Shown here one piece after another: positions 54,812 through 64,000 of a stretch of DNA of 64,000 bases. The translations under genes were made by a program, and so were the position numbers. Numbering within the stretch: position 1 is the stretch's first letter; each line of letters opens with the position of its first letter. Origin of the DNA: Pirellulales bacterium (GTDB taxonomy: Bacteria; Planctomycetota; Planctomycetia; Pirellulales; PALSA-1355); assembly GCA_963733035.1 (NCBI GenBank), contig CAVTBU010000007.1, positions 512,001 through 576,000 on the forward strand, in the 5' to 3' direction. The notes beneath the pieces were generated by a model. That model saw only the letters and a program-made list of their open reading frames with translations. It searched no databases and was not told the origin of the DNA.

Positions 54812-55486
54812 TTAGTTGTACACGGCGGTGCTGTCGTTGGCGAAATCGACCGTTGGGTCGTGATCGTAGAAGTAATGGGCGATCTGTCGGGCCAGGTAGG
54901 AGACAAACTTGCGGCGGAAATGCGCTTCCTGGTTGTCGCTGGCCGGAATCGGAGCCGTCGGCGGATAGACGGCCTGCGGCAGGTTCTTTTCGAAGGCCGG
55001 TTCGCGCGAGGCCTGAACGTCGTACACGAGCAGGTGCACGTTCGCCTTGCCCTGATACAACGTCTGCCCGTGGAAGAGGGTAAAGTCTTCGAGGTCGATT
55101 CCCACCACCATGTCGGCGTTCAGCGCCTTGCCGATCTCGGCGTAATCCTCCCAGTTGTTTTCGTCCGCCCACTCAATCACTTCGCGCTGGTCGATCAAGT
55201 GGATCTTGCTCACGTTTTGCTCGAGGAGCAAACTCACATGTTTGGCCAGGTCGCGCGAGACACTCGAATCGCGAAAGTGCAGCGAGGTGACGGGTCGGCA
55301 GACGACCGCTACCCGTTTGCCCCGCAAGCCATTGAATTCGGCGGCCGTATTTTGGCCCGAAACGACGTACATTGCCGTGGCCATCAGGTTGCAACCGGTG
55401 GCAATCGCCAAAGGCGAAACCAGGAAGAACAAGGCCAACATCAGGCCGAGCCGCTTTTGCAAGCGATCCATCGCCGTACCTCGCAT
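54812..55486 (-). CDS. putative lipoprotein
   Basis: Lipobox ATGC; host-like codon usage. Confidence 0.7.
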   Translation of the reverse strand: MRGTAMDRLQKRLGLMLALFFLVSPLAIATGCNLMATAMYVVSGQNTAAEFNGLRGKRVAVVCRPVTSLHFRDSSVSRDLAKHVSLLLEQNVSKIHLIDQREVIEWADENNWEDYAEIGKALNADMVVGIDLEDFTLFHGQTLYQGKANVHLLVYDVQASREPAFEKNLPQAVYPPTAPIPASDNQEAHFRRKFVSYLARQIAHYFYDHDPTVDFANDSTAVYN

Positions 55487-55570
55487 TCATCCGTGAAACG
55501 TGTGGTAGTTTTCGCACAGCCGGCCGCATCTTGCGGCCATGGGGTCATCTTGTTCGTCGCGTCGAACCGT

Positions 55571-56008
55571 TCAGCCCGACAGCAGTCGAAATATCCATTC
55601 GAACAACACCAGGCCGGTGAGCACGAGACTCGCGCCCGCCACGGTTGTCTCGCCGGGCTGCCAGGCCAGCCGTTTTCCCTGCACCGCCACGATGATCGCT
55701 CCGAGCCCCACGACCAGCGCCACAACCGCCAATAGCGTGCCCGTCGCGTGCGTTGCCAGCGCGTCGAGCGCCCGGCCCTTGGTAACCAGAGCCCACGACG
55801 TCGTCATGCCGCACGCCGGGCACGGAATGCCTGCCACAATTGTTAGGGTGCAAGGTGGTAAACCGAGTTGCTCGTGCGTGCCTCTGCCGCGAGGGTCGGG
55901 CCTGAGCAGGCCTGCCAGCACCAAGGTGCCCAGCAATCCGGCTCCCACTAGCGCCGCCAAGAAACGTGAGCGGCGGGAAAGCTCGGCCGACTTATTTCCC
56001 GTGGACAA
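55571..56008 (-). CDS. DUF2752 domain membrane protein
   Basis: GTHEQLGLPPC..GIPCPACGMTTSW. Confidence 0.82.
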   Translation of the reverse strand: MSTGNKSAELSRRSRFLAALVGAGLLGTLVLAGLLRPDPRGRGTHEQLGLPPCTLTIVAGIPCPACGMTTSWALVTKGRALDALATHATGTLLAVVALVVGLGAIIVAVQGKRLAWQPGETTVAGASLVLTGLVLFEWIFRLLSG

Positions 56009-56965
56009 AGTCACGCGAATTCTGAAAGGGAGGCGGAGCATAGCGATCGCCGGCGAGACGTGCAAGGCCGCTTCGCTCGGCAGTTGCCGGTCCTGGGTTG
56101 ACGGAGTTCAGGTCCCTGCCAAAACGATCTCTAGACTGTACCGCGCCCGGCGCGGCCGCGGCTAGCTGATCCACCTCGGCCTGCTTCAAGCGGATCCGCT
56201 CAATGGCCGTCGCCTTTCCCGTTTCCGGGTCGACGTCCACCAGCGTTGCTAGCAATTGTACATCGCCGTGGGCCACTTCAAAATGCGTGGGATTGAACGT
56301 GAGCGTCGATTCGAGCACGCGCTCGACGCGCCTTCCCAACACGCTATCCAGCGGGCCCGTCATGCCCACGTCGCACTGAAAAGCGGTGCCGGCGGGCAAG
56401 ATCGTTTCGTCGGCCGTCGGCACGTGCGTGTGAGTTCCCAGCACGGCGCTGCAGCGGCCGTCGAGATACCGCCCCATCAGCTGTTTGTCGCTGGTGGCCT
56501 CGGCGTGGAAGTCGACTAAAATCACCTTAACTTCCGGCGGCAACGCGGCCAGCACCCGATCGGCGGCCGTCCAGGGACAATCGACCGGCCGCATGAACAC
56601 CCGACCCAGCAGGCTGACCACGGCGACGTCGACACCGTTGCGAGCGCGCACAATCGCGAACTCGCGCCCGGCGCCGTGCCGGGAAAGTTGGCCGGCTTGA
56701 CGATGTTCGGCTGCGTTTCGAGCACCGACACGATTTCGCGGCGGCGATAAATGTGATCGCCGAGCGTGATGCAATCGACGCCCGCGGCGATGAGCTCCTG
56801 GTAGTTGGCCGGCGTCAGCCCCGATCCGCCCGCGCAGTTCTCGGCGTTTGCCACGACCAGATCGATGTCGCGCGTGGCGACCAGGCCCCGCACCGAACGA
56901 ACCACGATCTGCCTGCCGGGCTTGCCGACGATATCTCCGATCAACAACAACCGCACGCTGTTCAC
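55992..56965 (-). CDS. ymdB: YmdB-like (TIGR00282) metallophosphoesterase (frame break near 56665; 3' end uncertain)
   Basis: IGDIVGKPG, NAEN, TLGDH, DFHAEATSDK, GTHTH, DVGMTG; downstream of rny. Confidence 0.88.
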
Positions 56966-56974
56966 GCTGCTTTC

Positions 56975-58528
56975 TTACTTGGCCATCTCGGTGATCCGCG
57001 TTTCACGCAGGACGGTAACTTTGATTTCGCCGGGATACGTCAGTTGCTCTTCGAACGCGTGGGCAATATCGTGACAAATCTTGGCCGCCGAGGCGTCCGT
57101 CGTGTCCTTGGCGTTCACCAGCACCCGCAGTTCGCGCCCCGCCTGAATGGCAAACGCCTGATCCACTCCGGCAAAGCTGGTGGCGATCTGCTCCAGCTCT
57201 TCCATCCGTTTGATGTAACGTTCGAGCGTCTCGCGTCGTGCGCCCGGCCGCGACGCGCTGCACGCGTCGGCCGCGGCAACCAGCACCGTGTACGGGTGAT
57301 CGACGCGAATGTCGTCGTGATGGCCGAGCGCGGCATGGACCACTTCCGGGCCTTCGCCGTAGCGCTTGAGCAATTCGGCGCCGATTTTGGGATGTCCCCC
57401 TTCGGCTTCATGGTCGGCCGCCTTGCCGATGTCGTGTAACAACCCGCAGCGGCGTGCCAGGCGGGCATCGAGCCCCATTTCCTCGGCCAATAATCCCGTC
57501 AAGAACGCCACTTCGATCGAGTGCCGCAGCACGTTCTGGCTGTAGCTGGTGCGAAACCGCAGCCGGCCTAGCAAGTGAATGATCTTGGGATGCAGACCCG
57601 GAATGTCGGCTTCCTGCGCGGCCTCCTCGCCCCGTTTCTGGATGTGCGTTTCCATCTCGGTTTGGGTTTCACTCACGATCTCTTCGATGCGGGCCGGATG
57701 GATGCGGCCATCGGCAATCAGTTTGTTGAGCGACATCCGGGCGATTTCCCGGCGCACGGTGTCGAAGCCGCTGACGATTACCACGCCCGGCGTGTCGTCG
57801 ATGATCACGTCGACGCCGGTGGCCTTTTCGAAGGCCCGGATATTGCGGCCTTCGCGGCCGATAATGCGGCCCTTCATTTCGTCGTTGGGAATGTCGACGG
57901 TGCTGGTCGTGGTTTCGGCCGTATGGGCCGCGGCATAGCGCTGGATACTGGTTAGCAGGATGTCGCGCGTCTTGGCCTCGGTCACCTCGGCCATCTTCTT
58001 CTCATGCTTGAGAATGACGGCTCCGGCTTCGTGCTGGAGCTCGCCTTCGAGCATTTCCATCAGCCGTTTGGTGGCTTCCTCGCGGCTCATGCCGCTCAGC
58101 GAGTGCAGAGTCTGCCGCTGAACGTCCAGTACATTGGCCAGTTCTTCATTGCGGCGATTCGTATCTTCGATCTTCTCGGTCAGTTTACGCTGGGTCGTTT
58201 CAACCATCTTCTCCTGCCGGCGGAGCTGATCGAACTGTTGCTCGACCGTGTCCTGACGCTTATCGAGCAGACGCTCGCGCTCGTGGAGCTCCTGCCGCAT
58301 CTTGCTCAGCTCACGCTCTCCCTCGGCCTTTTGCTGGATCGCCAGCTCCTTGATTTCGAGCTCGGCCTCCTTGCGGCGATTGGCGCTTTCCCGATCGGCC
58401 TGAGAGATGATCTCGCGGGCTTCCGTTTCGGCATCGCGCCGGCGGAGCCGGTCGATAAACTTGGTAACGATGAAAGTGAGAACAACGGCCACAGCGATGG
58501 CCAGTGCGGCGATGATAGGATTGGACAC
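56975..58528 (-). CDS. rny: ribonuclease Y
   Basis: TM, coiled coil, KH ([12 protein letters not shown]), HD (LHDIGK), YPGEIKVTV. Confidence 0.96.
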   Translation of the reverse strand: MSNPIIAALAIAVAVVLTFIVTKFIDRLRRRDAETEAREIISQADRESANRRKEAELEIKELAIQQKAEGERELSKMRQELHERERLLDKRQDTVEQQFDQLRRQEKMVETTQRKLTEKIEDTNRRNEELANVLDVQRQTLHSLSGMSREEATKRLMEMLEGELQHEAGAVILKHEKKMAEVTEAKTRDILLTSIQRYAAAHTAETTTSTVDIPNDEMKGRIIGREGRNIRAFEKATGVDVIIDDTPGVVIVSGFDTVRREIARMSLNKLIADGRIHPARIEEIVSETQTEMETHIQKRGEEAAQEADIPGLHPKIIHLLGRLRFRTSYSQNVLRHSIEVAFLTGLLAEEMGLDARLARRCGLLHDIGKAADHEAEGGHPKIGAELLKRYGEGPEVVHAALGHHDDIRVDHPYTVLVAAADACSASRPGARRETLERYIKRMEELEQIATSFAGVDQAFAIQAGRELRVLVNAKDTTDASAAKICHDIAHAFEEQLTYPGEIKVTVLRETRITEMAK

Positions 58529-58690
58529 GGTGGTTCCCTCGAATTCCTGCGCCTTCATTGCCGGCGAGGGAAGCTTCGACGGGCTCACCCCGCGCCGCAG
58601 CATTCAGCGCGCGGAGGGCCACGTTATGAGGGAGTTGCGCCGTTTGCTTTAAGTCGAATCGCTGATGTGAATGGCGCTGTGCGCGGCAGT

Positions 58691-59047
58691 TCAGCGACGC
58701 GAGCTTCCGGCACGCGGATCAGAAGTCGACTTGGGAACCAGTGCTGGACAAGCCTGCCGTACGCCCGCCAACTTCCGGATAATCCGGACCAGGGCGCCGA
58801 GAGGATGGTTTGGTCGTTCGAAAGCCTCGCGCAGCAAATGTCTTGCCGCTGGAGAACTTTCGCTGAGGACATAATCCATGCTAAACCAATCTTGCGGGAC
58901 TCCCCCGCGACGATCGACGCGCTTCGTGCCTGTCCGATCTTGCGCCACAAGCGCCGAAGGGATCGCCGAAACGGTTGCCGTACGGAGGAATTCAACTGGT
59001 CTCGAAATCAGGCCGAGAACCCATCGCAAAAAAGCTAGCAGATACAT
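58691..59047 (-). CDS. possible small hypothetical protein upstream of rny
   Basis: ATG preceded by GGGAGA; MYLLAFLRWVLGLIS hydrophobic start; no recognisable motif. Confidence 0.3.
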   Translation of the reverse strand: MYLLAFLRWVLGLISRPVEFLRTATVSAIPSALVAQDRTGTKRVDRRGGVPQDWFSMDYVLSESSPAARHLLREAFERPNHPLGALVRIIRKLAGVRQACPALVPKSTSDPRAGSSRR

Positions 59048-59487
59048 CGTGGTTGCGATCTCCCGCAATACGCTTGTCTTAATCACCCGCTACAAAGTCG
59101 TTCTGATCGCTGCGCGCCCCAGAGAGGCGGCAACTCCCCCCGAACTTCACTCGGAGGCTCTTCAATTTGTTTGAATCGCATTCGGCGTTTCAGCGGTCGC
59201 GATCCGTGGGAAAACTCCCTAACGGTTTTCCAAATCGGCCCTTTCGACGAGCCACACGTTTCGAGGCGACTTTACGCCTAACCCCTTTATGGTATCACAC
59301 TGGCGGTTGGCTGCAACCAAATTCGGGGCGCTTTGCTCCTAAGCTAAGCCGCTTGCCAATCGGCACTTAGCTCTGTGCCAGCTCGGCCGGATGGGAAACC
59401 TGGCAATTCTGTCCGTCGCGGGCCTAATGGTACGATAATGCTCGAAACGAATATCCACGCTGCTAGTTTGAAAGCCCCGGTGAACCT

Positions 59488-60501
59488 TTGCCGACCCCGG
59501 CTCGCGAACCCTTGGAACAAAAGATCACCCAGGCCTGGCCGACGGGTCTCTGGGGGCAGGTTCGCGTGCTGGTTGCCGTGTCGGGCGGAGCCGATAGCAT
59601 CGCCCTGCTACGTGCGATGCAACATCTTTCGGCGCCTGGACTTGGCGAATTGGTTGTCGCCCACTTCAACCACGGATTGCGCGGAGCGACGGCGCTTGCC
59701 GACGAGCAATTCGTCGTGACCTTGGCCGGATCGCTAGGCCTCAAGTGTGAGGTCGGCCATGCCGCCTCCCCCGTGGCCGGCATGATGCCCGACGGCATCG
59801 AAGCGGCCGCCCGATCTGCCCGCTATCAGTTTCTGGTGCAAACGGCCGAGCGACTCGGAGCACGTTACGTTGTCACCGGCCACACGGCCGACGATCAGGC
59901 CGAGACCGTGCTACATCACATTGTGCGGGGCACGGGGCTGTCTGGTCTGGCCGGGATGCGTCGCATGCGAGTGCTTAGCCCGGCGGTCACCTTGCTGCGT
60001 CCGATGTTGGACGTCCGGCGGGCGGAAGTGATTGAGTACCTCAAGATGTTAGGGCAGCCCTATCGCGACGACGAGTCAAACTTTGATCAATCCCTCACGC
60101 GCAACCGCATTCGCCATGAGCTGGTGCCACTACTGCGCGATTCGTACGCACCGTCGATCGTGGAATCGTTGAACCGTCTTGCTTCGCTCGCAGGCGATGC
60201 GCAGCGTGTGATCGACGCGGCGGCCGAGGCGCTGTTGCACGGAGCGCTCGAAAGCGCCGAAGTCGACCGCGTCGTGCTTGATTGCCAGAACTTCAAGTCC
60301 GCCGATCGGCATCTGGTGCGCGAAGCGTTCGTGGCCGTATGGCGCCGCCAGGATTGGCCGCGGCAGGCCATGGGCTTCCAGCACTGGGATGCATTGGCCG
60401 ACATGGCGATCGCCCAGGAATCGGTTGCGGCCTTCGTCGTGCCGGGTGCCATCAGAGCGCAAAAAACGGGCGAGCAACTTGTGCTCGCCCGTAAGTCGTG
60501 A
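59488..60501 (+). CDS. tilS: tRNA(Ile)-lysidine synthetase
   Basis: AVSGGADS, HFNHGLR, EAAARSARY, GHTADDQAET, RPML, RNRIR. Confidence 0.95.
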   Translation: MPTPAREPLEQKITQAWPTGLWGQVRVLVAVSGGADSIALLRAMQHLSAPGLGELVVAHFNHGLRGATALADEQFVVTLAGSLGLKCEVGHAASPVAGMMPDGIEAAARSARYQFLVQTAERLGARYVVTGHTADDQAETVLHHIVRGTGLSGLAGMRRMRVLSPAVTLLRPMLDVRRAEVIEYLKMLGQPYRDDESNFDQSLTRNRIRHELVPLLRDSYAPSIVESLNRLASLAGDAQRVIDAAAEALLHGALESAEVDRVVLDCQNFKSADRHLVREAFVAVWRRQDWPRQAMGFQHWDALADMAIAQESVAAFVVPGAIRAQKTGEQLVLARKS

Positions 60502-60519
60502 TCAACCAGATAAAACCGG

Positions 60520-62001
60520 TCAGGCCTGATCGGCTCGCGAGTCTTCGTAAATCGCCTCGGCGGCGGTCGGCTCGTGCGTGGTTTCCCGCTCCTGCCCGCT
60601 CGGTCCGATTTCCACAAGTTTGTATCCGCCAATGGCCCGGAAGTAGATCAGGAGGATCAGATAGCCAACGGCCATGCCGGCAGGAATGAGTGCGGTGATC
60701 TTGAGCGCCTGCTGCTTGCCGTAGACTTCGGCCGACTTGACCTCCTCGTAGATGGGGCTCTTGGGTTTGAGCTGCGCAACGGCGGTGCCGTCCAGGCCAT
60801 GCACCGGTGGGAAAAAGAGAAAGTGATTTTCTTCCGGGGCGGCAACCTGCTCATAGGCGGCAGGGCTCAACTCTTCGAGCTTATGCGCCGTGTTCACGTC
60901 CTGCGTGTAACCGATACCTGGGCCCCCCAGCACGCCAGCCGACAGCATGCCAATTCCGCCCATGGCCCCCATGGCCAACGCGCCCCCTTTGGGAAAGCGT
61001 TCGCCCACCACGCCGAGCATCGTCGGCCAGAGGAACGTTTTGCCAACACCGTAAATCGTGGCCGGAATCAGGATCAACCACACGTTTGCCGACCCGAGCA
61101 TGCTCCCCATCGAGAACAGGCCGATGCAGCCCAGGATCGAACTGACAAATAGGAGCCCTAGCGGATTGATGCGTTCCACGATCGGACCCGCGAAGAATCG
61201 CAGCACGAACATCAGGCCCGCCGTGTAAACCAACAGCAACACGCCGTTCTGGATAAAACCGCCCATGATGTTGGCAATCCAACTGTCGGTTCCCAGTTCG
61301 ACATAGCCGACCATGGCATGCAACAGCAGCAGGAACAACAACACGGGCGCGGCGAACTCGGCCAACATTTCGCCGAACTTGATACCCGCGGCTCGCGCTT
61401 CGGACTGTGGAAAGCGTTCCTTGAGCACGATCACTCCATACCACAGCGTGGGCACGAGAAAGAACATCATGGGGATTTCCCAACGAAGTTGCGTAATGAC
61501 GCACTTTTCGCCCACGAAGCCATAGGCCAGCAAACCACCCAGGATCAAACCACCGGGCCAACCGGCATGCAGAATGTTGAGATAGTGCGTTTTCTGTTTG
61601 GGATAGAGCGTGGCGACGAGCGGGTTGATCGCCGCCTCGCACATGCCGTTGGCCAGCGAAAACATGAACATGCCCCAATAGAGGCAACTATACGTGGCGT
61701 CTTTGCCGTAGCTTTCAAAAACCGGCGTCGCGGCGAGCGTCAGGGCCGCTGAACTGACGTGCAACAGAAAGGCACCGATCAGGATCAGCTTGTAGCCAAT
61801 CCGGTCGGCGAACAAACTGAAGCCGATGATCGTGAACGCCATGCCCGTCAGGCCGCCACCGGTAATTTGTCCCAACTCGGTTTGTGTGAAACCGAAGGCG
61901 GCGCCCCACTCGGCCAGTACGTCGGAACGTACGGCAAAGCCCATCCCCGCCGCGATCAGCGTCAAAAAACTGGCCCAGAAAATCTTGCCCGTCGACTGCA
62001 T
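60520..62001 (-). CDS. MFS transporter
   Basis: About 12 TMs, ADRIGYK, EAAINPLVATLYP, LHAGWPGG. Confidence 0.9.
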   Translation of the reverse strand: MQSTGKIFWASFLTLIAAGMGFAVRSDVLAEWGAAFGFTQTELGQITGGGLTGMAFTIIGFSLFADRIGYKLILIGAFLLHVSSAALTLAATPVFESYGKDATYSCLYWGMFMFSLANGMCEAAINPLVATLYPKQKTHYLNILHAGWPGGLILGGLLAYGFVGEKCVITQLRWEIPMMFFLVPTLWYGVIVLKERFPQSEARAAGIKFGEMLAEFAAPVLLFLLLLHAMVGYVELGTDSWIANIMGGFIQNGVLLLVYTAGLMFVLRFFAGPIVERINPLGLLFVSSILGCIGLFSMGSMLGSANVWLILIPATIYGVGKTFLWPTMLGVVGERFPKGGALAMGAMGGIGMLSAGVLGGPGIGYTQDVNTAHKLEELSPAAYEQVAAPEENHFLFFPPVHGLDGTAVAQLKPKSPIYEEVKSAEVYGKQQALKITALIPAGMAVGYLILLIYFRAIGGYKLVEIGPSGQERETTHEPTAAEAIYEDSRADQA

Positions 62002-62310
62002 GCCTGGTTCTCCAGCAAAGGGACGCGTGGGGCGCTGCGCGGGGCCGCGGTTCCGCCTGGGGAGTGCGGCGAGCGCAGATATAGATTTGTGAGTATACAA
62101 GCCGCGAAGACCAAGTAAACCGACGGAATCTGCACACTTGGGGCAATTCGTCGCGACCGGCTCGGCACGGACAGTACAGCCGGGAAGCAACATCAAATTT
62201 GCCCAGCTTCGCGCGCCGCGGCGCGGCGCCCAACCTGCATTGACCCGCGCGGCTGGCAGCCCCTAACATGGCCGCCCCTTATAGTGGCCATCCGTCTGCA
62301 GCTACCGACC

Positions 62311-63588
62311 ATGCCGCGACTTACATCAAATCGAATCGCCTGGATTTTGATCCTGGCAGTCGCGCTTGCGCGCGGTTGACGTTGGGTGTCGTCTGGCAGG
62401 TGCGGCTTGGCGATCGGCAATTCTTTTTTGGCGACAGCATCGGCTACTGGGAGTTGGCCCGCACGATCGCGGCCGGCGAGCCCTATCAATATCTATCGCC
62501 CGAGGCGCGCGTGTTTCGCACGCCGGGTTATCCGGTCGTGCTATCGAGTGTATTTCTCATGTTCGGCCAGCAGCCGCCACTCTTTGCTGCGCGAGCGCTC
62601 AGCGCGCTATTGGGAACGGTGGCCGTGGGCGTGGCCGGCTGGTGGACCACTCGGCTGTTCGACGCGCGAACCGGTTGCATCGCCGGTTGGCTGACGGCGC
62701 TCTACCCGGGAAGCGTGGCGCTGGGTGTTTTTGTTTTGAGCGAAGCGCCCTTCTGCCCGTTGATGCTAGCGCACCTGGGGCTTTGGAGCGTGGCCTGGCA
62801 AGACACGTCGCGGCGTCGGGCCATCGGGCTGGCCGTTCTGGCTGGCGTGGTTGCCGCCGGCGCTGTGTTGATGCGTCCCAGTTGGCTGCTGTTCACGCCG
62901 TTTGCGATCACGGTGGGACTGCTTTTCGTGCGCGATCGCGCGCGGCAACTTTTGCTTGGCGGCGCAATCGAGCGCCTCGTTGTGTGCCTGCATGGTGCCT
63001 TGGTGGATTCACAATGCGCAGGTGACCGGGCGCTTCGTGCCGACGACGTTGCAGGTGGGTGCCAGCCTCTACGACGGTTTGCATCCCCAGGCGACCGGTG
63101 GCAGCGATATGCGTTTTGTGCCCGAATTTGTCGCCCGGCAGCGGGCCGAAGCAAACGTAATCGACGCCGGAGAATTCGAATACCAGCTTGATCGCCGGAT
63201 GTGGCAAGCTTCGCTCGACTGGGCCCGCCAGCATCCCGCTCGTGTATTGGAGTTGGCGGGAATCAAATTCTTGAGGATGTGGAACGTGTGGCCCAATGAG
63301 CCGGCGTTTCGCAATTGGTTGCTGCGGCTAGCGCTCATGGCGACGTACGGGCCGCTGTTAATTCTGAGCTTGATTGGCGTGTGGCGGTTTACGCCTTGGG
63401 GATGGCCCTACTTGCTCGCCTGGCTTCCGGCCGTCTATCTCACGCTGCTGCACGTGATCTTCGTCAGCTCGTTGCGTTATCGGGAGCCGGCAATGCTTGC
63501 ATTGGCTGTGCTCGCGGCCGGCGTGCTCGCCGGCGTGACAAGTAAAAAGAGTGTTGCTGGAACGACCGGCCCCGCCGCTGCCAGCTAG
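62311..63588 (+). CDS. ArnT/GT39-like membrane glycosyltransferase (frame breaks near 62370 and 62970)
   Basis: DSIGYWELA, FRTPGYP, LSE, MRPS, PWWIHN, RYREP. Confidence 0.8.
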
Positions 63589-63601
63589 AGGAACCTGCGC
63601 C

Positions 63602-64000
63602 ATTATTTGCAAGAGCGTCAATCTCGCCTGGTTCTTCTTCAAATGGGGCATCGCCCTGGCGATCGTTGTTGCGCTGGCCGCGTCGCCGTTTTGGTATCAG
63701 AAAGTGTTCTTCCGGATCGAGGAAGAACTACGCGTTCGCGTGGAAGCGACGCTCGCCAAGCGGTTGGCGCACCTCGACATCCACATCCGCGCGGCGCACC
63801 TGGCCAACGACGGTATTGAAGTCCGTGGCCTGTCGATCTCCGAGCCGGGAGCCGAGGGTCCCCAAGGGGAACTGGCCTACTTCGACGTGGTCTTTCTCGA
63901 GTGCCGCACCAATCCGCAGGAACTGCTCAAGGGCGAACCGATCATCACCAGCGTGAAGATCAGCCGCCCGATTTTTCGCGCCACCCGGCGTCCCGATGGC
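63602..64000 (+). CDS. AsmA-like membrane-anchored protein, N-terminal part (start codon unclear, runs off window)
   Basis: Open frame IICKSVNLAWFFFKWGIALAIVVALAA..GIEVRGLSI..ISRPIFRATRRPDG. Confidence 0.55.
   Translation, partial: MICKSVNLAWFFFKWGIALAIVVALAASPFWYQKVFFRIEEELRVRVEATLAKRLAHLDIHIRAAHLANDGIEVRGLSISEPGAEGPQGELAYFDVVFLECRTNPQELLKGEPIITSVKISRPIFRATRRPDG

Noticed and set aside
4932..63588. Programmed frameshifting or true pseudogenes at split housekeeping ORFs
   Set aside because: No slippery heptamers; many unrelated conserved genes are affected in a shared sequence context, so error is more parsimonious.

Overview
GC-rich bacterial chromosome segment, most likely a planctomycete (Pirellulales-like). 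This is inferred from a DUF1501 protein, a TPR protein with two RNAP alpha-CTD-like domains, a TPR-TPR-ExbB-ExbD-ExbD cluster and SecDF with a large acidic insert. Most of the window is housekeeping: an ABC exporter, ispF-cysS-ruvCAB, xerD, galE, murA-prmC-prfA-rpmE, kdsA, amtB with a sigma54 promoter, tRNA-Thr(CGT), tgt-yajC-secDF, ymdB-rny and tilS. The notable accessory region is ~25.57-32.8 kb. There, eight copies of a ~25-nt site (AAAGGTTTGCGTCCCCTTWARTTRCTC) delimit short cargo blocks (secreted/membrane ORFs, a decayed TPR gene). The sites occur with 5' remnants of a Y1/RAYT-type HUH transposase (MPRTAR...YHILNR), GTAG-type REP doublets and a duplicated ~0.8-kb non-coding block, giving a cassette-array-like structure with no intact transposase in the window. 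Other observations are an unexplained switch-like RNA at 37.25-37.38 kb, a degenerate tRNA 5'/promoter duplication bracketing a 1.25-kb islet, and about a dozen frame disruptions in conserved genes. Nearly all of those disruptions sit at GCGC and are probably sequencing artefacts reflecting a methylated motif. All calls are by eye; no database searches were run.
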